From positions 1,834-65,833 of the forward strand of contig JAZDLQ010000103.1 of the NCBI GenBank assembly GCA_043801855.1: a DNA stretch of 64,000 nucleotides, given 5' to 3'. The DNA is from an archaeon (lineage in GTDB: Archaea > Nanobdellota > Nanobdellia > Woesearchaeales > GW2011-AR15). The position numbers and the translations under genes were made by a program. This document shows positions 35,796 through 44,325 of this stretch, in pieces. The notes beneath the pieces are model-generated. The model had not been told where the DNA came from, ran no database searches, and saw only the letters and a program-made list of their open reading frames with translations. Every line of letters starts with the position of its first letter. Within the stretch, counting starts at the first letter, position 1.

Positions 35796-36739
35796 AATTC
35801 TCAATTATTATTCCTGTCAAAAATATCAATGATTACATTATAGAGTCTATGGAGCATATGCAAAGACTTTTGCATAAAGATTTTGAGATAATAATTTTAC
35901 CGGATTATAATGAAAAAATAACTTATCCAAAGACGATAATTATTCCTACTGGAAGTGTTGGCCCTGCATTGAAGCGGGATATCGGCGCAAAAAAAGCAAA
36001 AGGCGAATTTTTAGCATTTCTTGATGATGATGCATATCCAAGGGAAAATTGGCTGAAAAACGCAGAAAAAAACTTTGCTGATGCTAATATCGCTGCAGTT
36101 GGAGGCCCTGCAGTGACTCCGATAAATGAAAGCATAAAAAGAAAAATATCCGGGCTTATTTTCAGCTGCCCAATAACAAGTGGCGGAGCAGGAACCTATA
36201 GGTATGTTCCAGGCAAGAGAAGATATGTTGATGATTTTCCTTCTGTTAATTTTATTGTTAGAAAGAGCGTTTTTGAAAAATTGAACGGTTTTGACACAAA
36301 TTTCTGGCCTGGAGAAGACACTAAACTGTGCCTTGACATAGTGCATAAATTAAATATGAAAATAATTTATGATCCGACAGTTTTAGTGTATCATCATAGG
36401 CGTGAAGTATATAAAGATCATTTAAAGCAGGTAAAGAGCTATGCAATCCACAGGGGATTTTTTGCAAAAAAATATCCACAGACGTCATTTAGGATAGGCT
36501 ATTTTATGCCATCAATCTTTGTCTTAGGATTGCTTTTAGGATGGCTTTTTTCTTTTGTACATATATTCTTTTTTTATTTTTATATAGCAACTGTCTTATT
36601 ATACATTATAATGGCTCTTGGAGATTCATTGAGGCATAAGAGTTTAGCTCATTATGTCTTTATAGGAGTTATCTTAACCCATCTTGCCTATGGTATTTTT
36701 TTTATGCAGGGCATATTATCTCAAAAGCTTAAACAATGA
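35792..36739 (+). CDS. Family 2 glycosyltransferase with C-terminal TM helices
   Basis: FSIIIPVKNINDYIIESMEHM, FLDDDAYP, WPGEDTKLC, and two or three C-terminal hydrophobic helices. ATGA overlap with the upstream gene. Confidence 0.85.
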   Translation: MKFSIIIPVKNINDYIIESMEHMQRLLHKDFEIIILPDYNEKITYPKTIIIPTGSVGPALKRDIGAKKAKGEFLAFLDDDAYPRENWLKNAEKNFADANIAAVGGPAVTPINESIKRKISGLIFSCPITSGGAGTYRYVPGKRRYVDDFPSVNFIVRKSVFEKLNGFDTNFWPGEDTKLCLDIVHKLNMKIIYDPTVLVYHHRREVYKDHLKQVKSYAIHRGFFAKKYPQTSFRIGYFMPSIFVLGLLLGWLFSFVHIFFFYFYIATVLLYIIMALGDSLRHKSLAHYVFIGVILTHLAYGIFFMQGILSQKLKQ

Positions 36740-38181
36740 AAATAGCAATATCATATCCTCCTCTTGTATCCACTAAAGGACGCGCTTTTTTATCCCAGAA
36801 TAGGCAGTTTCAATGGACACACACAAACAATGTGATATATCCTGTTGTGCCTGCATATGCTGCAACCATGCTCCAAAAGAGCGGCCACTCTGTCTTATGG
36901 GATGATGCAAATGCACAACTCCTCCATTTTGATAAATGGATTGCTCGATTGAATGCATTTTCTCCTGATGTTATTTTTTTTGAGACAAAAACTCCAGTTG
37001 TAAAACGACACTGGAAATTGATTGATATTATTAAAAGAAAAATGCCTAATGTACAAGTTATCCTTGCAGGAGACCATGTGACTGCATTTCCAGCAGAAAG
37101 CTTTGAAAATTGCGCTGTTGATTTTGTATTGACAGGAGGGGATTATGATTTTTTACTCTTAAATTTAGTGAATCATTTTAGCAATAAAGAGAAATTAGAG
37201 GGAGGAATTTATTATCGGAAAAATAATAATGTTGAATGCACCGGAAAATTTGTGCTTAATCATGACTTGTGCGCTCTTCCAATTATTGATCGGAGATTGA
37301 CAAGATGGAAAGATTACTCTATCAATAACTCAAACTATAAATATTTGCCAGGAGCATACACAATGGCAGCAAGAGACTGCTGGTGGGGAAAATGCACTTT
37401 TTGCTCATGGACAACACTATATCCTGGAGCGCATTATAGGTGCAATTCACCAATTAAGCTTCTTGATGAGATTGGGATACTTTCAAATAATTTCAAGGTA
37501 AAAGAAATCATGGATGATTCAGGATCATTTCCAACTGGTGAATTCCTTGATTCATTCTGCAGGGGCATGATTAAGCGGGGCTATAATAAAAAAATAAAAT
37601 TTGACTGCAATTTCAGGTTCAATGCTGTATCAAAAGAGCAATTTTTCCTTATGCGTAAAGCTGGTTTTCGCTTTATTCTCTTTGGCCTTGAAAGCGCGCA
37701 GCAATCGACGCTTGAGCATGTAAATAAAAATATTAAGATTGAGTATGTTGAAAGGGATTTGACATATGCTAAAAAAGCTGGACTTGATCCGCATATAACA
37801 GTAATGGTAGGATATCCCTGGGAATCAAAACAAGATGCTTCCAATACCCTTGACTTTGCAAAACAATTGTTCAGAAAAGGCCTTCTTGACAGTCTTCAGG
37901 CGACAATTGTTGTGCCATATCCGGGAACGCCATTATTTGAAGAATGCAGGAAGAATAATTGGCTAAAAACAGAAGACTGGGATGAATATGATATGAGCAA
38001 AAGCGTGATGAAATGCCATGTTTCCGATAACGAGCTTAAAGGAATGGTCAAGCAGATGTATAAAGGCGCGTTTTACCCAGGCTTTATTGCGCGGAAGATA
38101 CTATCTGTAAGAAATTATGATGATGTAAAACATCTGATGAGGTATGGTGTTAAGTTTCTGAAAAAATTGAGGGATTTTTAA
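36736..38181 (+). CDS. Cobalamin-binding-domain radical SAM enzyme with variant Cx4Cx2C cluster motif
   Basis: 481 aa. It has an N-terminal Rossmann-like B12-binding region (DVIFFETKT...VILAGDHVTA), a cluster motif RDCWWGKCTFCSW, and a GLESAQQSTL-type radical SAM core. ATGA overlap with the upstream GT2. Confidence 0.75.
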   Translation: MKIAISYPPLVSTKGRAFLSQNRQFQWTHTNNVIYPVVPAYAATMLQKSGHSVLWDDANAQLLHFDKWIARLNAFSPDVIFFETKTPVVKRHWKLIDIIKRKMPNVQVILAGDHVTAFPAESFENCAVDFVLTGGDYDFLLLNLVNHFSNKEKLEGGIYYRKNNNVECTGKFVLNHDLCALPIIDRRLTRWKDYSINNSNYKYLPGAYTMAARDCWWGKCTFCSWTTLYPGAHYRCNSPIKLLDEIGILSNNFKVKEIMDDSGSFPTGEFLDSFCRGMIKRGYNKKIKFDCNFRFNAVSKEQFFLMRKAGFRFILFGLESAQQSTLEHVNKNIKIEYVERDLTYAKKAGLDPHITVMVGYPWESKQDASNTLDFAKQLFRKGLLDSLQATIVVPYPGTPLFEECRKNNWLKTEDWDEYDMSKSVMKCHVSDNELKGMVKQMYKGAFYPGFIARKILSVRNYDDVKHLMRYGVKFLKKLRDF

Positions 38182-38209
38182 TGTTAAAGTTCCTTTTCTG
38201 GAAGCCATT

Positions 38210-38599
38210 TTATTTTAATTGTTCAAAAAGATGTGTAATAATCTCCCTTATTATTGCTTTGTTTAACTCAATATAATTTTTGTGTATCATAAATCCCTCG
38301 TATGATATGCGATTTCTGTACTCTCTCATTTGCTGCAAAAATTGCCTCATCTGTTCATCTATTTTATTTTGTTTGGCAACATAATCAATAAGCTCTTGAT
38401 GAGCACCTTCTCCTTTTACTTTAACTCCTTCCCTTATCGTAATAGCCTCTATCAATTTGTGAACTACGTCATAGTAATCTGATAGAGTGTTACTTGGATA
38501 TTTTTCCATATCAGTATTGCTTAGTCTTTCTAGGGTGATCTCTGCCATCTTTCTTAGCGATTCTGATTTTTGCATATCTGGTTTAACTTTTGTAATCAT
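38210..38599 (-). CDS. HEPN-domain protein (toxin-like partner of the adjacent nucleotidyltransferase)
   Basis: 129 aa, all-helical, with a conserved Arg-containing helix (REYRNRISYEG). It overlaps the upstream MNT gene by 4 nt, the classic MNT-HEPN arrangement. Confidence 0.6.
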   Translation of the reverse strand: MITKVKPDMQKSESLRKMAEITLERLSNTDMEKYPSNTLSDYYDVVHKLIEAITIREGVKVKGEGAHQELIDYVAKQNKIDEQMRQFLQQMREYRNRISYEGFMIHKNYIELNKAIIREIITHLFEQLK

Positions 38600-39135
38600 T
38601 TATATCCCTCCAAAAAACCACTTAATACTATCCCATTAATAACGTTATTTTTTAATTCTTTAGCATATGAATTAAAATTATCATTAAAGTGCAATTCAAT
38701 TTTCCTTCCAAGCTTTTTTTCAAATGAACTAATATCCAATTCTTCCTTTTTACATTCAACAAATAAATCAATATCGCTCTTTTCGATATCTTCACCTCTT
38801 TGAAAGCTTCCAAAAAGCACAATTGACTTTGGCATTAGTTTTTCTTCAATAAATTCAATTAATTTTGATTGAAAAATAACTGAAATATTATGAATGGTTT
38901 TGTATTTCTTGAAAGTTTTATTGTCTAAATTTGCTGTATAAAGGGGGAATTTTCTATCGCCTTTTTTCTCTACGGATTCTATTAACAACCCATTTTTTAC
39001 TAATTTTTCTAAATTATTTTTAACAGATGTATGTGCTAATCCAATGCTTCTACTAATATCCATAAGATAGTGTTTCTTAGTTGGGTTAATAAAAAAAAAT
39101 TCAGCTGTCCTATCCATACTACTTTTTTGTATCAT
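38596..39135 (-). CDS. Minimal nucleotidyltransferase (MNT) with N-terminal winged-helix domain
   Basis: 179 aa with a wHTH-like N-terminus (ISRSIGLAHTSVKNNLEKLVKNGLL) and the Pol-beta NTase signature LFGSFQRGEDIEKSDIDLFV. Confidence 0.8.
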   Translation of the reverse strand: MIQKSSMDRTAEFFFINPTKKHYLMDISRSIGLAHTSVKNNLEKLVKNGLLIESVEKKGDRKFPLYTANLDNKTFKKYKTIHNISVIFQSKLIEFIEEKLMPKSIVLFGSFQRGEDIEKSDIDLFVECKKEELDISSFEKKLGRKIELHFNDNFNSYAKELKNNVINGIVLSGFLEGYK

Positions 39136-39282
39136 ATATTACATATTTGTAAGACGTATTATATAAATGTATTGTTTTTTGGAACTTCCCTAAATAAATT
39201 AACGAAAAACATTGTTTTTATATTTTTGAGTAAAATATAATAATAAGTAACGTTATTTTTTTCTTATTAGGGGGAATATTGA

Positions 39283-39465
39283 ATGCCTAAAAGCCGTAAA
39301 ATGAAAGTCTCAGTTATCGTCACAACGAAAAACGAGGAGAGAAATATTGCTAGATGCCTGGTGAGTGTTAAGAATCAGAGCTACCCAAATATAGAGATAA
39401 TTGTTGTAGACAATAACTCAAGTGATAAGACAAAGGAGATTGCGAAAAGAGGCAGTAATAAATGA
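39283..39465 (+). pseudogene. 5' fragment (about 55 codons) of a GT2 gene, paralogous to the start of 40038-40877
   Basis: KVSVIVTTKNEERNIARCLVSVKNQSYPNIEIIVVDNNSSDKTKEIAK matches LVSVIVTTKNEERNIGRCLESVKNQSYSNIEIIVVDNDSSDKTKKIAK. The fragment then ends in an ATGA overlap with the DUF1016 ORF. Confidence 0.8.
39307..39446. repeat. Imperfect direct repeat of about 140 bp, copy 1 (GT2 5' end)
   Basis: GTCTCAGTTATCGTCACAAC...GATTGCGAA aligns with 40053-40192 at a constant offset of 746 nt. Most positions are identical by eye. Confidence 0.85.
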
Positions 39466-40031
39466 ACTCGATTAATAATGAGAAAGAATATATCTCTTTC
39501 CTCTTAGAGATAAAGGAGAGAATAAGAAACGCACAGTATGATGCATTAAGAGCAGTAAATAAAGAGCTTATCGGTTTATATTGGGATATTGGCAGGAAAA
39601 TATCTGAGCAGCAGGAAAAGCGTGGATGGGGAAAGTCCATAGTGGAAAATCTTGCCAAAGACCTGCAAAAAGAATATGAAGGAATAAAAGGATTTTCTGC
39701 ACAAAACCTATGGTATATGAGGCAATTCTACTCAAGCTACAGCTCTAATACAAAACTCCAGCCGCTGGTTGGAGAAATTAGCTGGGTGAAAAATGTAACA
39801 ATTATGAGCAAGTGCAAGGATGACTTAGAAAGAGAATTTTACATTAAAATGACTAAAAAGTTTGGCTGGACAAAAAATGTTTTGATAAATCAGATTGAAA
39901 ATAGGGCGTATGAGAAATACATTCTTAACCAGACAAATTTTGATCAAACATTAACTACACAGCTGCCAAATTATTTATTAAAATACCTCCCCTCAAAAGA
40001 AGAATTAATAAAAAAGTTGGAGATGTTATGA
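39462..40031 (+). CDS. DUF1016/YhcG-family protein lacking the PD-(D/E)xK nuclease core (apparent internal deletion)
   Basis: 189 aa. The N-terminal YhcG-type region (IRNAQYDALRAVNKELIGLYWDIGRKISEQQEKRGWGKSIVENLAKDL...FSAQNLWYMRQFY) runs directly into a family-typical C-terminal tail (LPNYLLKYLPSKEELIKKL). Full-length members are about 350 aa. Confidence 0.65.
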   Translation: MNSINNEKEYISFLLEIKERIRNAQYDALRAVNKELIGLYWDIGRKISEQQEKRGWGKSIVENLAKDLQKEYEGIKGFSAQNLWYMRQFYSSYSSNTKLQPLVGEISWVKNVTIMSKCKDDLEREFYIKMTKKFGWTKNVLINQIENRAYEKYILNQTNFDQTLTTQLPNYLLKYLPSKEELIKKLEML

Positions 40032-40037
40032 AAGAAG

Positions 40038-40877
40038 ATGACAAACCAATTAGTCTCAGTTATCGTCACAACAAAAAACGAGGAGAGAAATATCGGAAGA
40101 TGTTTGGAGAGCGTTAAGAATCAGAGCTATTCTAATATTGAGATAATTGTTGTTGATAATGATTCGAGTGATAAGACTAAGAAGATTGCGAAGAAGTACA
40201 CGGGAAAGGTGTATGACCTGAAAAGCGAGGTTGATTTGAAAAATGTTGTCAGTTACAGAGGTGCCCAGATGAATTTTGGAGTCAGCAAATGCAATGGTAA
40301 GCTGATTTTTTTTCCTGATGCTGACATGACATTCGACAAAAATTTGATTGGTGAAGCGGTTCAAAAATTGGATAAAATTGATGCGTTTTTTATACCAGAG
40401 ATTATTAGGGGCAAAGGCTTCTTTGGGAAAATAAGAAATTTTGAGCGCAGCTTCTACAATCAGACATGCATCGACGGAGTGCGAATTGTTAAAAAAGAAT
40501 TATATTATAAGATAGGCGGCTTTGACGAGAAAAACATAATGTTTGGGCCTGATGACTGGGATTTTACAAAAAGGATAAAAATCAATTCAAGAAAGACAGG
40601 AATAACAAAATCTGTTTTATACCATCATGAAGAGGCGCTGACAATTAAATCTTATATTAGAAAAAAGAAAAAATACGTCCATACCTTTGATGGTTACATT
40701 AAGAAATGGGGCAAAAATGACCCTGATATAAAAAAGCAGCTTGGAGCGTATTACAGGATGATCGGTGTGTTTGTCGAGAATGGCAAGTGGAAAAAGTTAA
40801 TAAGCAGCCCTATTTTATCAATAGGGATGTATTTTGTTCGGTTTCTAGTTGCAATAAATTATTTATTCACTCGTTAA
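40038..40877 (+). CDS. Family 2 glycosyltransferase
   Basis: 279 aa with VSVIVTTKNEERNIGRCLESVKNQSYSNIEIIVVDNDSSD, FFPDADM and FGPDDWDF. Confidence 0.85.
   Translation: MTNQLVSVIVTTKNEERNIGRCLESVKNQSYSNIEIIVVDNDSSDKTKKIAKKYTGKVYDLKSEVDLKNVVSYRGAQMNFGVSKCNGKLIFFPDADMTFDKNLIGEAVQKLDKIDAFFIPEIIRGKGFFGKIRNFERSFYNQTCIDGVRIVKKELYYKIGGFDEKNIMFGPDDWDFTKRIKINSRKTGITKSVLYHHEEALTIKSYIRKKKKYVHTFDGYIKKWGKNDPDIKKQLGAYYRMIGVFVENGKWKKLISSPILSIGMYFVRFLVAINYLFTR
40053..40192. repeat. Imperfect direct repeat of about 140 bp, copy 2 (GT2 5' end)
   Basis: See 39307-39446. Confidence 0.85.
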
Positions 40878-40878
40878 A

Positions 40879-41568
40879 ATGGAAAACATTACAGGCGAAA
40901 AGCCCTCAGACGCATTATTTGGCAGGAAAGCCTTTTCAGTTAGCTTTATGGTTGCCAATGATTTCAACGAAAAAATAATGCTTGATATAGGCTGCGGCTA
41001 TGGCTGGTTTGAACTTGCTGCAAATGAAAATAAGTGCAAAAAAATTTATGGCATTGAGCCGTCAGAGAAAGGCTTGATTACTGCAAGGAAGCATATACAA
41101 AATAAAAATATTATTTTTATGGCAGCAGATGCATTTTTCCTTCCATTTGAAAAAAACACTTTTGACACAATAGTATGCTGGGAGGTTTTAGAGCATTTGC
41201 CAAAAAACTCAGAAATGAGGCTTTTTAATGAAATGCATCGAGTATTAAAGCCATCCGGTCATTTTTATTTATCTACTCCAAATTCTGCTCTATTAAGTAA
41301 ATTTTCTGATCCAGCATGGCTTATGATGGGGCACAGGCATTATTCACGAGGCAATATCATCGCCATTGCAAAAAAAAGCCATTTTCAAGTTGAAAAAATA
41401 ATAATAAAAGGCGCGTTTTGGGAAATTTTATCCATCCTCAACCTGTACGTTTCAAAATGGATATTTAGAAGAAAGCCTTTTTTTGAAAAATTCCTGCAAA
41501 AAAAGCAGGACAAGGAATACTTAAACGATGGGTTCAACACAATATTCATGAAAGCAAAAAAGGTCTAA
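40879..41568 (+). CDS. Class I SAM-dependent methyltransferase
   Basis: 229 aa with motif I (MLDIGCGYGWF), FDTIVCWEVLEHL and LKPSGHFYLSTP. Confidence 0.8.
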   Translation: MENITGEKPSDALFGRKAFSVSFMVANDFNEKIMLDIGCGYGWFELAANENKCKKIYGIEPSEKGLITARKHIQNKNIIFMAADAFFLPFEKNTFDTIVCWEVLEHLPKNSEMRLFNEMHRVLKPSGHFYLSTPNSALLSKFSDPAWLMMGHRHYSRGNIIAIAKKSHFQVEKIIIKGAFWEILSILNLYVSKWIFRRKPFFEKFLQKKQDKEYLNDGFNTIFMKAKKV

Positions 41569-41569
41569 A

Positions 41570-43411
41570 ATGTGCGGCATCTGCGGGTTTAATTTTTCTG
41601 ATGAATTACTTATTAAGAAAATGATTGGAACACTTAAGCATAGAGGCCCAGACCAGGAAGGAATATTTTTGGATAATCAAGTATCACTTGGCCATACAAG
41701 GCTTTCCATTATTGACTTATCTGAAAATGGCCGACAACCTATGTCAAATGAAGATGGCACTATACAGATTGTTTTTAATGGGGAAATATACAACTTTAAT
41801 GAGATAAAAGAAAAACTTCATACAAAGCATAAGTACAAGAGCAATTCAGACACTGAAATTCTGCTTCATTTGTATGAAGAAAAAGGAATTGAAATGCTTA
41901 ATGAGCTTAACGGAATGTTCGCGTTTTGCATATATGATAAAAAAAAGAAAATCCTCTTTTGTGCAAGAGACAGATTTGGCAAAAAGCCTTTTTATTATTC
42001 CATTTATGATAAAACATTTGCTTTCGCATCAGAGATAAAGGCGCTTCTAAATTTAAAAAAATTTGATGTTAATGAATCTTCAGTTAATGAATATTTTATG
42101 TACGGGTTTGTGCCTACTCAAAACTCTATTTTTAAGGATATCAATAGGCTGCCTGCGGGCAGCTATCTGACTTTTGACCTAAAAAACAACAGACTGCAAA
42201 ATGGTATTTACTGGGATTATTCACAGTATAAATTGGGTACCAGCTCATTTGATGAATATAAAAATCAAGTAGAAAAAGAACTTATTGATTCAATTAGAAG
42301 AAGGCTTATATCTGATGTTCCGCTCGGAGTTTTTTTAAGCGGAGGAATTGACAGCAGCCTGGTTCTTGGCTGCCTAAGTAAAATTATGGACAGCAGAAAA
42401 ATAAGCACGTTTAGCATAGGCTTTAAAGAGCCTGCATTTGATGAGTCTGCATTTTCAAGCACAATTGCAAAAAAATACAAAACAAACCATCATTTGCAGA
42501 TTCTTAGTGCTGGTGATTGCTTAAAGGCTCTTCCTGAAATTATTGAGAAAATGGATGAGCCTATTTCAGACCCTTCGATTATGCCAACTTATCTGCTTTC
42601 AAATTATACTAGAAAAAAAGTGACTGTTGCTCTATCAGGAGACGGCGCTGATGAGCTTTTTGGCGGGTATCCTAAATATTTTATATCCAGATATTTGCAA
42701 TATTACCGCTTCTTGCCAAACCAAATGAAAAGAGTAATTAAAAAAATACTATTATCTCTTCCGACAAGCCCTAATAACTGGCTGTTAAATTATAAAATAA
42801 AAAAAGGCGTAGAGTTTATTGATTACCCTTATTATATAAGAAGCAACCTTTGGGTTTCTAACTTTGGAATAACTGAATTAAGACGGCTTTTAAATAATTC
42901 AAGAAGCGAAGCGGAGTTGCTTTCTCCTGTTGAAAAATATCATAATTTCTACAAAAACAAGGATATTATAAATGAACTGATGTATATCGATATCAAAATG
43001 ATGCTCCAGGATATGTACTTAGTTAAAGTTGATCGGGCAAGCATGTTTAATTCCCTTGAAGTAAGATCCCCTTTTTTGGATATTAATGTTGCAAAACTCT
43101 CTGCGCAGATGGAATCCATATACAAGGTTAAAGGAACAGCAACAAAATATATCCTAAAAGAAATTGCAAAAAAATATCTGCCAAAAGAATTAATATATCG
43201 GAAAAAGAGAGGATTTGGAGTTCCGTTGAATAAATGGATAAAAACAGAATTAAATAAAGAAATCAGAAAAACGATTAACCAAACTAACTTTAATTTAAAT
43301 AAAAAATATGCGCTTGGCTTACTATCTGATATTGATAAAATAGATTCTTCCCAAAAAATATGGTCAATTTATATATTCTTAAAATGGTATGAGAGATGGG
43401 CAAAAAACTAG
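41570..43411 (+). CDS. asnB: Asparagine synthase (glutamine-hydrolysing)-type amidotransferase
   Basis: 613 aa. It has the N-terminal nucleophile MCGICGF, a Ntn glutaminase domain (HRGPDQEG...FNGEIYNF), and the PP-loop synthetase motif FLSGGIDSS. Confidence 0.9.
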   Translation: MCGICGFNFSDELLIKKMIGTLKHRGPDQEGIFLDNQVSLGHTRLSIIDLSENGRQPMSNEDGTIQIVFNGEIYNFNEIKEKLHTKHKYKSNSDTEILLHLYEEKGIEMLNELNGMFAFCIYDKKKKILFCARDRFGKKPFYYSIYDKTFAFASEIKALLNLKKFDVNESSVNEYFMYGFVPTQNSIFKDINRLPAGSYLTFDLKNNRLQNGIYWDYSQYKLGTSSFDEYKNQVEKELIDSIRRRLISDVPLGVFLSGGIDSSLVLGCLSKIMDSRKISTFSIGFKEPAFDESAFSSTIAKKYKTNHHLQILSAGDCLKALPEIIEKMDEPISDPSIMPTYLLSNYTRKKVTVALSGDGADELFGGYPKYFISRYLQYYRFLPNQMKRVIKKILLSLPTSPNNWLLNYKIKKGVEFIDYPYYIRSNLWVSNFGITELRRLLNNSRSEAELLSPVEKYHNFYKNKDIINELMYIDIKMMLQDMYLVKVDRASMFNSLEVRSPFLDINVAKLSAQMESIYKVKGTATKYILKEIAKKYLPKELIYRKKRGFGVPLNKWIKTELNKEIRKTINQTNFNLNKKYALGLLSDIDKIDSSQKIWSIYIFLKWYERWAKN

Positions 43412-44325
43412 TTTCAATTATAATTCCTACTTATAATCGGGAAAAAGAAGTCCTTAATTGCCTAAAGAGCCTCTCTTTAATTGATTATCCCAATGTAGAA
43501 GTAATTGTAGTTGATAACGCGTCAGATGACAACACAGTAAGAGAAATAAAAAATAGATTTCCTAAAGCAAAAATCATCAGGCAGGCAAAGAATAATGGGG
43601 CAGTAGTTGCACGAAATATCGGCGCAAAGGAAGCATTAGGAGATTACATTCTCTTTTTGGACAGCGACAATTATGTAAAAAAAGATTTTCTTTCTGAGTT
43701 AGTAAAACTGATGGAAACTGATAAAAACATTGGCTTTGCAGGCCCTAAAATGTATTTTTATCATGATAAAAAAAGGATATGGTATGCGGGCGTCAAAATT
43801 AATCTGGCAACCAGCATTACAAAATATATTGGCTCTAATGAAATAGACGACGGCCAGTATGATAAAATAAAAGAAGTTGAGCATATACCAAATTGCTGGC
43901 TTGTCCGTAAAAGCATAATTGATAAAATCGGCTTGATGGATGAGACATTTGTTATGACATATGGTGAGGCAGACTGGCCGATGCGTGCAAAAAAAGCAGG
44001 ATATAAAGTGATGTTTTGCCCGTCATCAATTGTATATCATAACATAGAATTGCCTGGCAGCGCAAAAGGACTGAGGGGTGAGATTGGTTTTGATACCCCT
44101 TACAGGATTTACTATCTTGCCAGAAACAGGACTATATTTATGAGAAGATATGCAAAACAGGTTAATTTCATAGTATATATTGTAATTTTTCTACCAATAA
44201 TTTCCCTTTGGTATATCTATAATTTTGCCAGGTACAAAAGAATGGACTTATTGGTCCCTTTCTTGAGAGGAGCTTTCGATGGGATATTTTATGGGCTCTT
44301 TATAAAAAAGGTGAGAGGGAAATGA
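43396..44325 (+). CDS. Family 2 glycosyltransferase
   Basis: 309 aa with VSIIIPTYNREKEVLNCLKSL, VVDNASDDNT, FLDSDN and YGEADW. It overlaps the asnB end by 16 nt. Confidence 0.85.
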   Translation: MGKKLVSIIIPTYNREKEVLNCLKSLSLIDYPNVEVIVVDNASDDNTVREIKNRFPKAKIIRQAKNNGAVVARNIGAKEALGDYILFLDSDNYVKKDFLSELVKLMETDKNIGFAGPKMYFYHDKKRIWYAGVKINLATSITKYIGSNEIDDGQYDKIKEVEHIPNCWLVRKSIIDKIGLMDETFVMTYGEADWPMRAKKAGYKVMFCPSSIVYHNIELPGSAKGLRGEIGFDTPYRIYYLARNRTIFMRRYAKQVNFIVYIVIFLPIISLWYIYNFARYKRMDLLVPFLRGAFDGIFYGLFIKKVRGK

